A stretch of DNA of 64,000 bases from Candidatus Eiseniibacteriota bacterium (GTDB taxonomy: Bacteria; Eisenbacteria; RBG-16-71-46): assembly GCA_963717505.1 (NCBI GenBank), contig OY970342.1:32001-96000 (forward strand), in the 5' to 3' direction. The notes under the pieces were generated by a model. That model was not told the DNA's origin. It saw nothing but the letters and a program-made list of their open reading frames with translations, and searched no databases. Shown here in pieces: positions 10,289-20,022 of the stretch. Each line of letters starts with the position of its first letter. Position 1 is the first letter of the stretch. The position numbers and the translations under genes are program-made.

Positions 10289-12211
10289 TCACATCCTCAG
10301 GACGACCCACAACAGGGCCGCCACGCCAACGGTGAACAGCAGGGCATAGGTGCCGACGAAACCGGTCTGGAACAGGCGCAGCACCGCCGACACGCCCTCG
10401 AACGTGTATCCGACACCGTTGACGATTCCATCCACGATCTTCTCGTCCCAGAAGCGCCAGAGCGCGACACTCGCGCCGTGGATCGGGCGCACGACGATCG
10501 CGTCGTACAGCTCGTCCACCCGATACTTGTTGAGCAGCAGGTCGTGAACACGCGGGAAGCGCTCGCGCAGCCGGGTCGCGGCCTCGGGCCGCCGCAGGTA
10601 GTAGCGGAACGCGGCCCAAATGCCGAGGCTCGCGACGCCGACCGAGAGCAGCATCAGCGTCCACTCGACGTTACGCGGGACCTCGTGCGCGGCATGGCCG
10701 TTGTCGTGCGCGCCGTGCTCGAACACTGGCGCCAGCCAGCGCGCGAACGGATTCCCACCCTCGATCATCGGCGGTCCGATCCAGCCCCCGACGATCGAGA
10801 GCAGCGCCAACACCACCAGCGGCACGATCATGCTCGGCGGTGACTCGTGTACGTGGTGCGCGGCCTCGTGCGACAACCGCGACGGGCCGCGGAACGCGAG
10901 CACGTAGAGGCGGAACATGTAGAACGCCGTCAGGCCCGCGCCGGCCAGCCCGGCCAGCCAGATCGCGCGATGCCCCGAGGCAAATGCGCCGTGCAGGATC
11001 TCGTCCTTGCTGAAGAACCCGGCCAGCGGCGGAATGCCGGCGATCGCGATGGTACCGATCAGCATGGTGGCGTGGGTCCAGGGCAGCTTGCCCGCGAGCC
11101 CACCCATTTTGCGCAGATCCTGCTCGCCGTGGAGGCCGTGAATCACCGAGCCGGCCCCGAGGAACAGCAGCGCTTTGAAGAACGCGTGGGTCATCAGATG
11201 GAAGATGGCGGCGGTGAAGGCGCCGACGCCGCACGCCATGAACATGTAGCCGAGCTGGCTGACCGTGGAGTACGCGAGCACGCGTTTGATGTCGTTCTGG
11301 GCCAGGCCGATGGTTGCTGCGAACAGCGCGGTGGCGGTGCCGATGATCGCCACGGTCTCGAGGGCCGCCGGCGCCAGCGTGAACAGCACGTTGCAGCGCG
11401 CGACCATGTAGACGCCGGCCGTGACCATGGTCGCCGCATGGATCAGTGCCGAAACCGGAGTCGGACCCTCCATGGCGTCGGGCAGCCAGGTGTAGAGCGG
11501 AATTTGAGCGCTCTTGCCGGTGGCGCCGAGGAACAGCAGCAGCGTCGCCGTCGTGATCGCCAGCGAGCCGACGACGAACACGTGTGGCGCGACCGCGAAC
11601 AGCCGCTCGTAGTTCAGGCTGCCGCCGAGCGTCAGCAGAGTCAGCACGCCGAGCAGGAACCCGAAGTCGCCGATCCGGTTGACGATGAACGCCTTCTTCC
11701 CCGCTTCGGCGGCCGAGGGCCGCTCGTACCAGAACCCGATCAGCAGGTACGAGCAGAGCCCGACTCCCTCCCAACCCACGAACATCAGCAGGAAGTTGTC
11801 CGCGAGCACCAGCGTCAGCATCGCGAACATGAAGAGGTTCAGGTACATGAAGAAGCGGCGGAACGAGGGGTCGTTCGACATGTAGCCGACCGAATAGGCG
11901 TGGATCAGGAAGCCCACGCCGGTGACCACCAGCACCATCACCGCCGACAACGGATCGAGCAGGAACGCGACATCGGCCGAGAAGTCGCCGACCCGCATCC
12001 AGGTGTAGACCATCTCGTGGATCGCCCTGCCGTCCGCCGGCAGGCCCGCGAGGTGGACCACCGCACGCACCGCGAGCAGGAACGCGACACCGACGGCGCC
12101 ACACGCCAGCCAGGCCGTGCCGCGCTTGCCGAGCCGGTCGCCGAGCAACAGGTTCAGGGCCACGGCCGCAAGCGGCAGGGCCGGAATCAGCGCGATCATC
12201 GGCAGGTTCAC
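10289..12211 (-). CDS. nuoL: NADH-quinone oxidoreductase subunit L
   Basis: GWEGVGLCSY, KSAQIPLYTWLPDAMEGPTPVSALIH, HAFFKALLF, transverse-helix region. Confidence 0.96.
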   Translation of the reverse strand: MNLPMIALIPALPLAAVALNLLLGDRLGKRGTAWLACGAVGVAFLLAVRAVVHLAGLPADGRAIHEMVYTWMRVGDFSADVAFLLDPLSAVMVLVVTGVGFLIHAYSVGYMSNDPSFRRFFMYLNLFMFAMLTLVLADNFLLMFVGWEGVGLCSYLLIGFWYERPSAAEAGKKAFIVNRIGDFGFLLGVLTLLTLGGSLNYERLFAVAPHVFVVGSLAITTATLLLFLGATGKSAQIPLYTWLPDAMEGPTPVSALIHAATMVTAGVYMVARCNVLFTLAPAALETVAIIGTATALFAATIGLAQNDIKRVLAYSTVSQLGYMFMACGVGAFTAAIFHLMTHAFFKALLFLGAGSVIHGLHGEQDLRKMGGLAGKLPWTHATMLIGTIAIAGIPPLAGFFSKDEILHGAFASGHRAIWLAGLAGAGLTAFYMFRLYVLAFRGPSRLSHEAAHHVHESPPSMIVPLVVLALLSIVGGWIGPPMIEGGNPFARWLAPVFEHGAHDNGHAAHEVPRNVEWTLMLLSVGVASLGIWAAFRYYLRRPEAATRLRERFPRVHDLLLNKYRVDELYDAIVVRPIHGASVALWRFWDEKIVDGIVNGVGYTFEGVSAVLRLFQTGFVGTYALLFTVGVAALLWVVLRM

Positions 12212-12215
12212 GTCG

Positions 12216-12518
12216 TCAGCCCTTGAGCAGGTTGATTTCGTCCGTGAACACGGACTCGCGAAGTCGGAAAAGGTTCACGATGATCGCCAGCCCCACGGCG
12301 ACCTCGGCCGCGGCCACCGTCATGACGAAGAACACGAAGATCTGTCCGTCGAGCGAGTTCATGTGGCGGGCGAAGGCGACGAACGCGAGGTTCGCGGCGT
12401 TGAGCATCAGCTCGATGCTCATGAAGATGATGAGCGCGTTCCGGCGGACGAGCACGCCGACCACGCCAATCGTGAACAGGACGGCGGAGAGCAGCAGCGT
12501 CCAGCTGAGCGGGATCAC
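12216..12518 (-). CDS. nuoK: NADH-quinone oxidoreductase subunit K
   Basis: [15 protein letters not shown] and AAEVAVGLA; GTG start overlaps the nuoJ stop; 100 aa. Confidence 0.95.
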   Translation of the reverse strand: MIPLSWTLLLSAVLFTIGVVGVLVRRNALIIFMSIELMLNAANLAFVAFARHMNSLDGQIFVFFVMTVAAAEVAVGLAIIVNLFRLRESVFTDEINLLKG

Positions 12519-13222
12519 GCGGAAGCCTCGTTTTGGAATCGCTCGTCGGGGCTCGCTCGGTGGATGGCCGGAGGGTCGACCGTGGCTTCTGCGCCGACAC
12601 TTGCGGCCGGCCGATCCACCGCGTGGGCCGCCGCCGCCGGCTCGAGCTGGGGCGTCGTCACCCGCACCGGCAGCGGCTCGAGCACCGGCCGTGCCGCGCG
12701 CTTCACCTTCACCGGATCGGGGGCTCTTCGGCTCCGAGAGATCACAATCGCGCCGACCATCGCCACCAGCAGGACCATCGAGGTGATTTCGAACGGGAAC
12801 AGGTAGCGCGTGTAGAGCACCTTGCCGATCGCCTGGGTGTTGCCCACCGTCTGCGGAACGACCGGCGCCACCGGCCCCGGCGCCCATCCCCGGCTCATGA
12901 AGAGCACGCCTTCGGCGAGCAGGACGGCGCCCGCGATCCATCCGATGCCGCGGCGGAGCGCGATCTGCACGCCGGACTCGACGTCGTGCTTCAGGTTCAG
13001 GTACATGATGACGAACAGGAACAACACCATGATTGCGCCGGCGTAGACGATGACCTGCACCATCCCGAGGAACTCGGCGTGGAGCAACAGGTAGATCCCG
13101 GCGAGCGAACAGAATGCCGTCACCAGGAACAGCGCGCTGGTCACCGGGTTCCGGTGCACGACGACCAACAGGCTCGACACCACGAGCACTGCGGCGAACG
13201 CGACGAACAGGGCCGGGGTCAT
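12515..13222 (-). CDS. nuoJ: NADH-quinone oxidoreductase subunit J (long C-tail)
   Basis: [33 protein letters not shown]; ATG at 13222 overlaps the nuoH stop. Confidence 0.94.
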   Translation of the reverse strand: MTPALFVAFAAVLVVSSLLVVVHRNPVTSALFLVTAFCSLAGIYLLLHAEFLGMVQVIVYAGAIMVLFLFVIMYLNLKHDVESGVQIALRRGIGWIAGAVLLAEGVLFMSRGWAPGPVAPVVPQTVGNTQAIGKVLYTRYLFPFEITSMVLLVAMVGAIVISRSRRAPDPVKVKRAARPVLEPLPVRVTTPQLEPAAAAHAVDRPAASVGAEATVDPPAIHRASPDERFQNEASA

Positions 13223-14223
13223 CGGTTGTTCATCCAGTAGACCGCGAACCCGGTCACCATCACGTTGGCGAGCGACAGCGGCAGCAGGATCTTCCAGCCC
13301 AGGTTCATGAGCTGGTCGTAACGCAGCCGCGGGAAGGTCCAGCGCACCCAGATGAAGAAGAAGATCAACAGGGCGAGCTTGGCGAAGAACCAGAGGAACT
13401 TGAGGCTGTCGGGCAGCCACGGTCCGTTCCAGCCGCCGAGGAACAGCGTCACCGCGATCGCGGAGATCGTGATGACGTTCATGAACTCGCCCAGGAAGAA
13501 CAGGCCGAACTTCATGCTCGAGTACTCGGTGTGGAACCCGGCGACCAGCTCGGCCTCGGCCTCGGGCAGGTCGAACGGAGCACGATTGGTCTCGGCCAGT
13601 GCCGTGATCATGAAGATCGCGAACGCCAGGGGCTGGACCACCACGAACGGCAACCGCTCCTGAGCGTGGACGATGTCGACCAGCGACAGCGACCCGGCGA
13701 GCAGCAGCACACCGATGGTCGAGATCCCCATCGCCAGCTCGTAGGAAATCATCTGCGCCGACGAGCGCAGCCCACCGAGCAACGCGTACTTGCTGTTCGA
13801 CGACCACCCGGCGAGCGTCAGAGAGTAGACCCCGAGGCTCGACATCGCGAGGAACAGTAGGAGACCGACGTTGATGTCGGTGACGATGAAGTTGGGCCCC
13901 ACCGGAATCACTGCGAACGACACCAGCGCCGGGATCACCGCGAGCATCGGCGCGATGTGGAAGATCACGCGGTTGCCGCCGGGCGGAATGAACTCCTCCT
14001 TGAACAGGAGCTTCACCACGTCGGCCCAGGGCTGGAGGATGCCGGCCGGCCCGACCCGGTTGGGGCCCGGGCGGCCCTGCATGCGACCCGCGACCTTGCG
14101 CTCGAGCAGAATCATGTAGGACACGACCACCAGCATGCCGTTCAGGATCACGAAGATCTTGAGGAACGCCCAGAAGACGAGCTGGAAGTCCGGATGCCGG
14201 TAGAGCGCGATCAGCGATTCCAT
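13219..14223 (-). CDS. nuoH: NADH-quinone oxidoreductase subunit H
   Basis: [52 protein letters not shown]. Confidence 0.96.
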   Translation of the reverse strand: MESLIALYRHPDFQLVFWAFLKIFVILNGMLVVVSYMILLERKVAGRMQGRPGPNRVGPAGILQPWADVVKLLFKEEFIPPGGNRVIFHIAPMLAVIPALVSFAVIPVGPNFIVTDINVGLLLFLAMSSLGVYSLTLAGWSSNSKYALLGGLRSSAQMISYELAMGISTIGVLLLAGSLSLVDIVHAQERLPFVVVQPLAFAIFMITALAETNRAPFDLPEAEAELVAGFHTEYSSMKFGLFFLGEFMNVITISAIAVTLFLGGWNGPWLPDSLKFLWFFAKLALLIFFFIWVRWTFPRLRYDQLMNLGWKILLPLSLANVMVTGFAVYWMNNR

Positions 14224-14227
14224 CGGG

Positions 14228-14584
14228 TCAGTCTTCCCACTGGAGGGCGCGCTTCTTCAGAAGGTAGAGATAGCCGACCAGCAGGATCAGGATGAACAGC
14301 GTCATCTCGATCAAGCCATAGAGCCCGATCTGGCGAAACGCCACCGCCCACGGGTACATGAACACGGCTTCGATGTCGAAGAGGATGAACAACACCGCGA
14401 CCAGGTAGAACTTGATCGGGAACCGATTGCGGGCGGTGCCGACCGGCTCGACGCCGCACTCGTAGGGCGACAGCTTGCGCGCGTTCATGCGCCGGGGCAT
14501 GACGATGTACGACGCACCGAGCGTGGTGGCCGCGAACAAGATCGCGACCACGATGAACATCAGGACCGGGATGTACTCTCGCAT
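14228..14584 (-). CDS. nuoA: NADH-quinone oxidoreductase subunit A
   Basis: KLSPYECG, FILFDIEAVFMYPW. Confidence 0.96.
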   Translation of the reverse strand: MREYIPVLMFIVVAILFAATTLGASYIVMPRRMNARKLSPYECGVEPVGTARNRFPIKFYLVAVLFILFDIEAVFMYPWAVAFRQIGLYGLIEMTLFILILLVGYLYLLKKRALQWED

Positions 14585-14620
14585 CGAGCGTTCCTGTCGG
14601 CGCCCGCGAGCGGGCGGCTC

Positions 14621-15595
14621 CTAGACGTGCTGCGCGTTGAGCTTCTTGACCGCTTCGGTGAGTGCCGGAATCACTTCGAACAGATCGCCGACCAACCCGT
14701 AGTCCGCGACTTTGAAGATCGGGGCGTCGGCGTCCTTGTTGATGGCCACGATACAGCGCGACGACGACATGCCCGCCAGGTGCTGGATGGCACCCGAGAT
14801 CCCGACCGCGACATAGAGCTTGGGCGACACCGTCTTACCCGTCTGGCCGACCTGATCCGAGTGCGGCCGCCAGCCGGCGTCGACCACGGCGCGCGACGCC
14901 CCGACCGTGGCGCCGAGCGCCGCCGCAAGGTCCTCGAGGATCTTGAAATTCTCGGGGCCCTTGAGCCCGCGCCCACCCGACACGATGATCTCCGACTCGG
15001 TGAGATCGAGCTTGCCGCCGGCAGCGGCCGCGATACGCACCACTTTTGCGCGCGAGGATCCGGGATCGTGGTTCGCCGCCACGGTCTCGACGGTGGCCGG
15101 AGCGCCTCCCGGCGCCGGCGCGAATACCTTGGGCCTCAGCGTCGCCATCGCCGGCGACTTGGTGAACGCCAGTTTCTGGTTGGCCTTGCCCGCGTACACC
15201 GGACGGCGCGCGACCAGCTTGCCGCCGTCGACGATCAATGCGGTGCAGTCCGACGCGAGGCCGACGCCAAGCCGCGCCGCCACTCGCGGCGCCAGATCCT
15301 TGCCCATCGAAGATGCCGAGAACAGCACGACCTGCGGCTTCATCGCCTCGACCGCCGCGACCACGGCGCGCGTGTAGCCGTAGGCGTCGTAGCGCGCGAA
15401 GCTATCGTGGGTGACAACCCGCACTCGATCGGCGCCGTACTCGCCGAGCGCGGCGGCACCGGGGTCGGAGGCGCACGGCAGCACGGCGACCACGTCGCCG
15501 AACGTGACCTTGAGCCGCTTGGCCTCGCCCAGAACCTCATGCGTGACCGAGCGGATTCGCCCGTCGCGCTGTTCGGCGACCACGAGGATGCTCAC
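14621..15595 (-). CDS. etfA: Electron transfer flavoprotein alpha subunit
   Basis: [39 protein letters not shown]; GTG at 15595 overlaps the etfB stop. Confidence 0.96.
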   Translation of the reverse strand: MSILVVAEQRDGRIRSVTHEVLGEAKRLKVTFGDVVAVLPCASDPGAAALGEYGADRVRVVTHDSFARYDAYGYTRAVVAAVEAMKPQVVLFSASSMGKDLAPRVAARLGVGLASDCTALIVDGGKLVARRPVYAGKANQKLAFTKSPAMATLRPKVFAPAPGGAPATVETVAANHDPGSSRAKVVRIAAAAGGKLDLTESEIIVSGGRGLKGPENFKILEDLAAALGATVGASRAVVDAGWRPHSDQVGQTGKTVSPKLYVAVGISGAIQHLAGMSSSRCIVAINKDADAPIFKVADYGLVGDLFEVIPALTEAVKKLNAQHV

Positions 15596-16341
15596 AGGAC
15601 CTTGGCCTCCTCGCGCAACACTCGGAGCAGTTCGGGAATGGCGTCGGTGCCTTGGCCGACGATGCGCCCGGCCGAACGCGCGGCCGGCATTTCGAGCGCC
15701 AGGATCTCGAGCCCCGCGGTTCCGAGCTGGGCCGGCTTCTCGTCGATCGGCTTCTTCTTGGCCGCCATGATGCCCTTGAGCGAAGCGTAGCGCGGCTCGT
15801 TGAGCCCCTTGTCGGTGGTGAATGCCGCCGGCAACGTGACCTCGATCACCTCGCGCCCCCCCTCGATGTCGCGCTCGACCGTGGCCCTGTCGCCGTCGAG
15901 CTGAAACGTCGCCACCGAGGTCGCGCACGGCAGGTCGAGCAGCTCGGCGACCATCGGGCCGACCTGCGAGGCGTCGTCGTCGACCGCCTGACGGCCGAAC
16001 CAGAGGATCGTGGCCCCGAGCGTTTTGAGCTCGGTCGCGAGCGCATTCGCGACCGCGAGCGGATCGTTCGCGCCATCGGCTTTCAGGTGGATCGCGCGGT
16101 CGGCGCCCATGGCGAGCGCGTTTCGCAGAGTGGCCGTGGCACCGGCGCCGCCGAGCGAGACCACGACGACTTCACCGGCGCCCTGCGCCTCTTTGAGCTT
16201 CAGGGCCTGCTCGATCGCGAACTCGTCGTAGGGATTGAGGATCCAGGTGACGCCGGCCGGGTCGAGCGAACGTCCGTCGGCGCCGACTTTGACGCGTGTC
16301 TCGGTGTCGGCCACCTGCTTGATGCAGACCGCCTGGATCAC
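15592..16341 (-). CDS. etfB: Electron transfer flavoprotein beta subunit
   Basis: VCIKQV, NPYDEFAIE, ALAMGAD, NEPRYASL. Confidence 0.96.
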   Translation of the reverse strand: MIQAVCIKQVADTETRVKVGADGRSLDPAGVTWILNPYDEFAIEQALKLKEAQGAGEVVVVSLGGAGATATLRNALAMGADRAIHLKADGANDPLAVANALATELKTLGATILWFGRQAVDDDASQVGPMVAELLDLPCATSVATFQLDGDRATVERDIEGGREVIEVTLPAAFTTDKGLNEPRYASLKGIMAAKKKPIDEKPAQLGTAGLEILALEMPAARSAGRIVGQGTDAIPELLRVLREEAKVL

Positions 16342-16476
16342 GGACGAACTCCCCGGAGCGCAGGCCCGCGAAACCCCCGCGGCGGCTCTTCGTTCATGCG
16401 TTCACAAGGTGGATCGGCCCCACGGCGCGCCATCGACCGGAGCCCGGAAGTCACTGCAAATGAAAGGCGACCCGGC

Positions 16477-16505
16477 AGTTTCGGGGGAAGGGGCGGATGT
16501 GTCAA
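16477..16505 (-). promoter_or_regulatory. Putative sigma70 promoter of the etfBA-nuo operon
   Basis: Minus strand TTGACA-17bp-GAAACT: perfect -35, weak -10. Confidence 0.45.
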
Positions 16506-16554
16506 GCCGCGGTGATCGCCGCGTCGAAACGTCGAAGGAAGACCAAGAGGTGCT

Positions 16555-16794
16555 TCACGTCCGTTGGCTTCCCTTCCGCGCCCGACGCCGGCGAACACCA
16601 GCTCCCTTGGCGCGGACCTTTGATTGACTCCGGCGTGGCGCGACTCCGGCCTTGAAAGACGCGATCAGACTCGCCAGCTTGGCAGGGATCGGCCGGCAGT
16701 CACAGTGCTTCTGATGGTCCAGATGCCACGTGACCCGCTGCTCCAACGTGGGATTCTTTGGCATCACGTGCCCGCGGTGCCATTCCTTGTTCAT
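16555..16794 (-). CDS. Small His/Cys-containing hypothetical protein
   Basis: ATGA-coupled to the lysA stop; MNKEWH...MPKNPTLEQRVTWHLDHQKHCDCRPIP followed by a basic tail. Confidence 0.7.
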   Translation of the reverse strand: MNKEWHRGHVMPKNPTLEQRVTWHLDHQKHCDCRPIPAKLASLIASFKAGVAPRRSQSKVRAKGAGVRRRRARKGSQRT

Positions 16795-18074
16795 GGGATC
16801 CTCAACTCCTCGGCAGTGTGTCGTTCGACCAGTCCTCGCACCGACTCCGCTTCGCGCGCCAGGGTAAGCGCCCCTCCACGCACCACCACCTCCGCGAGTC
16901 TCCCCCGCCCGTTGTAGTTGGATGCCATCGCGGCGCCATAGGCGCCCGTGTCCAGGAACGCGACCCAATCGCCGCGTTCGAGCGGCGGCAGCGCGACTTC
17001 GCCATCGAACACATCGGCGCTCTCGCACACCGGGCCGACGACCGCGGCAGACTCCGCGGCACCCTGCCGCGGCGCCACCGGCACGATCCGGTGCCGTGCA
17101 CCGTAGAGCGCCGGGCGAATGAAATCGTTCATCCCCGCGCCGACCACGACGAAACGCCTTCCGTTTCGCTTCTTGATCCACAACACCTCGGTGACGACGA
17201 TGCCGATGGTCGCCACCATCCAACGTCCCGGCTCGAAAACCCATTCGAGGTCCTTTGCCTCGGCCATCGCTCGCGCTGCGTTCCGTGCGGCATGGGACTC
17301 CAATGGAAACTCGCTGGCGCCCGTGTAGTCCACGCCAAAACCACCGCCCAGGTTCACGAAGCCCAGGGGCCCGCCGCGCGACGTCGCCTCGCGACGAACC
17401 TCGAGCACGAAGTCCAGCGCTCGCTCGAGCGCCGAGGGATCCACGAGCTGCGAGCCGACGTGTACGTGGATTCCGTCCACGCGCAGGTGGGGCCAACGCT
17501 GTCGCGCCGCCCATGCGTCGAGCGCCTCGGCCGCCGTGATGCCGAACTTGGCTTCGTCGTGTCCGGTCGCGACGTAGTGGTGCCCCGGCGTCTCGATTCC
17601 GGGGTTCACGCGCAGCGCGACGCGCAACGGAGCGCCGCCCGCGGCGGCGGCCGCCTCGTTCAAGAGATCCAGCTCGCCGACATGGTCGGCATTCACCGAA
17701 TGAATGTGTCGCGTGGCCGCCCAGCGCGCCTCCTCGGAAGTGCGGCCGTTGCCGTTCAGGATCACTTGGCCGGGCGCGAAGCCTGCCGCCGCGGTCATTT
17801 CCAACTCGCCCAACGACCCGGCGTCCGCGCCCAGGCCGGCCTCGCGGACGCACTCGAGGATCGCCGGCAGTCCGTTGGCTTTGGTGGCATACGCGATCGT
17901 CGGATCGAGGCCGGTGAATGCCGAGCGAAAACGGCGGGCGCGCGCGCCGAGCGCATCCAGGTCGTAGAGGTAGAACGCATGAACGTCGGGATCGCGCCGG
18001 CGCAAGGCTGCGATCGCGTTTGCGACCGACACGCCGCCGTGAAGGATCCCGGATGGTGTGTGGGCGGTGGTCAT
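16791..18074 (-). CDS. lysA: Diaminopimelate decarboxylase
   Basis: YATKAN (PLP Lys), KFG, HVGSQ, NLGGG, EPGR, GPVCESAD, GAYG; ATG at 18074. Confidence 0.93.
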   Translation of the reverse strand: MTTAHTPSGILHGGVSVANAIAALRRRDPDVHAFYLYDLDALGARARRFRSAFTGLDPTIAYATKANGLPAILECVREAGLGADAGSLGELEMTAAAGFAPGQVILNGNGRTSEEARWAATRHIHSVNADHVGELDLLNEAAAAAGGAPLRVALRVNPGIETPGHHYVATGHDEAKFGITAAEALDAWAARQRWPHLRVDGIHVHVGSQLVDPSALERALDFVLEVRREATSRGGPLGFVNLGGGFGVDYTGASEFPLESHAARNAARAMAEAKDLEWVFEPGRWMVATIGIVVTEVLWIKKRNGRRFVVVGAGMNDFIRPALYGARHRIVPVAPRQGAAESAAVVGPVCESADVFDGEVALPPLERGDWVAFLDTGAYGAAMASNYNGRGRLAEVVVRGGALTLAREAESVRGLVERHTAEELRIP

Positions 18075-18703
18075 TTCGCCGGCCCGCGCGACGATCGCCG
18101 CGCATCGGCCCGGTCGCCGCTCGCGAGGAGCCGCCGTTCGGCTTCGGCCAAGTCTGCGGGTGTGTTCACGTTCAGAAACACCTCGATGCCACCCTCCCAC
18201 GTTGCGATCTCGTCCTCGGGAATCACGAGCGCGCCCAGCGCCTTCACCGCTCGGGTGATGGCCTGGGTCTCGGCCGCGTTCCGCGCGATCGCCTCGCCCG
18301 CGTCGGGACCATACGCCGCGGCCAGCGGCTGAAGCACGCCGCCCGGCGCCGGCAGCGCCACCATCGCGTCCCCGCGCGCCGTGGCGATCGCCCGTACCGT
18401 GGACGCGCGCATCAGCGGAAAGTCGACACCAAGCACGAACGCCTCGCGATTTGGCCGCGCCTGCAGCGCTCCGACCACGCCGGCCAGGGGACCGTTCAGG
18501 CCAGGAACGTCGGCGACACGCAGTGCACCGGGCACCGGCAAATCCAATGACGTCGGAGCCGCCACCAGGACTTCGTCGCAACACTCGTGGAGCAGCATTC
18601 GCGCACGCTCGAGCAGCGTGATGCCGCCTACCTTCACCAGAGCCTTCGGAATTCCCAGGCCGAGCCGTTCGCCCCGACCACCCGCGACCACCACGCCGAC
18701 CAC
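18071..18703 (-). CDS. mobA: Molybdenum cofactor guanylyltransferase
   Basis: VAGGRGERLG..KA, GPLAG, VDFP, QPLAAAY, FLNVNTPADL. Confidence 0.9.
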   Translation of the reverse strand: MVGVVVAGGRGERLGLGIPKALVKVGGITLLERARMLLHECCDEVLVAAPTSLDLPVPGALRVADVPGLNGPLAGVVGALQARPNREAFVLGVDFPLMRASTVRAIATARGDAMVALPAPGGVLQPLAAAYGPDAGEAIARNAAETQAITRAVKALGALVIPEDEIATWEGGIEVFLNVNTPADLAEAERRLLASGDRADARRSSRGPAK

Positions 18704-18704
18704 C

Positions 18705-19742
18705 TCAGTACCCGGCCCGCTTGTCGACCACGTTCTCGAGTGGACGGCCCGCGAGATAGGCATCGAGATTGCGCTCGAACAGTTCCATCGCGCGCTCCCA
18801 ATAGCGCGGGCCCAGTCCCGAAACGTGCGGGGTCACGATCACCTGCGGCATCGCCCACAGGGGGCTCTCCGCCGGCAAGGGCTCGTGCTCGAACACATCC
18901 AATGCCGCACCCGCGATGCTCCGGGATTCGAGTGCTGCGATCAGCGCGGGTTCCTCCACGAGCGCGCCGCGACCGATGTTGATGAGCACGGCACTCGGCT
19001 TCATCCGCGCCAGGCGACGAGCGTCGATCATGCCGCGCGTGTCCGCGGTCAAAGGCGGCGCCAGCACCAGCCAGTCGGCGGCTGTCATCAGCTCGTCGAG
19101 CCGATCGAGTCCCCATTGCGCATCGGCCGGCGCGGGATCGGCCGAGGGATGGCGGCGCACGGCGAGCACTCGCATGCCGAGTGCTCGCGCCCGCACGGCA
19201 ATAGCGCTTCCCACCGAGCCCAGTCCGACCAAGCCCATCGTGGTCCCCGCCAGTTCGCCGATGGGCGGGTCGCTTCGCCACAGGGCATCAGGAATCCAAG
19301 TGCGATCCCGCTGCGCATCGCGCGCCAGGTGAAGCTTCCGGACGAACGCGAGGATCACGCCGATCGTGTGCTCGGCCATCGCCACCGAGTGCATGCCGCG
19401 CCCGTTGGTGAGCACCACGTCGCTCGCCACCAGCTCGGGGAACAGCAGCGGACCGACCCCGGCGGCCGAGACGTGGATCCATTTTAGCCGGCGGGCGGCC
19501 GCGAAGTTCTTCGGCCGCACCGCCCAGCCGAGCACGATGTCGGCTTCCGGAATCAAGCGATCGGCCGTCTCTCGGCTTTCCGCCGAGGAGAACCGGACCG
19601 TCGGATGGCTCGCGCGCAGCCGATCGACGGCCGAGACCGGCAGGATCCAGACCCCTTGATCGTCGCGGAGGTACTCGAGGACGTGGAGCGCGCTCACGGG
19701 GCGCATCGTGCCATAGGCGGGGATGGAGGTGGAGTTCTCCAA
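18705..19742 (-). CDS. D-2-hydroxyacid dehydrogenase (NAD(P)-dependent)
   Basis: GLVGLGSVG, NIGRG, LDVFEHEP, TPHVSG. Start may lie about 40 nt downstream. Confidence 0.92.
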   Translation of the reverse strand: MENSTSIPAYGTMRPVSALHVLEYLRDDQGVWILPVSAVDRLRASHPTVRFSSAESRETADRLIPEADIVLGWAVRPKNFAAARRLKWIHVSAAGVGPLLFPELVASDVVLTNGRGMHSVAMAEHTIGVILAFVRKLHLARDAQRDRTWIPDALWRSDPPIGELAGTTMGLVGLGSVGSAIAVRARALGMRVLAVRRHPSADPAPADAQWGLDRLDELMTAADWLVLAPPLTADTRGMIDARRLARMKPSAVLINIGRGALVEEPALIAALESRSIAGAALDVFEHEPLPAESPLWAMPQVIVTPHVSGLGPRYWERAMELFERNLDAYLAGRPLENVVDKRAGY

Positions 19743-20022
19743 AGGCCCCGAGCACCAAGGACTTCAGGAGGCCGACTCCACTCGCGGGTTACGCCGGAAA
19801 GAATTCTGGGTCCGTTTTGTTCGCCCGCGAGTATCCTCCCGGCGCCCCGAACCCAACAGGGCCGTCATCACCAAGCCCGGTAAGGAGGTCGCTAGAGACG
19901 CAGGCAGAAAGGGATCCGCGCCGCCCCTGATTGCGACCCATCGGTTCAGTTCGTCTCTCGTCTAGCTTCGTGGGGCGGCACACGTGTTTCCACCGTGCTG
20001 CACGCACGCCACATGGAGCAAG

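Noticed and set aside
7184-12518. Mrp Na+/H+ antiporter interpretation of nuoL/M/N/K
   Set aside because: nuoA, nuoH and nuoJ are present, mrpE/F/G are absent, and motifs are Nuo-type.
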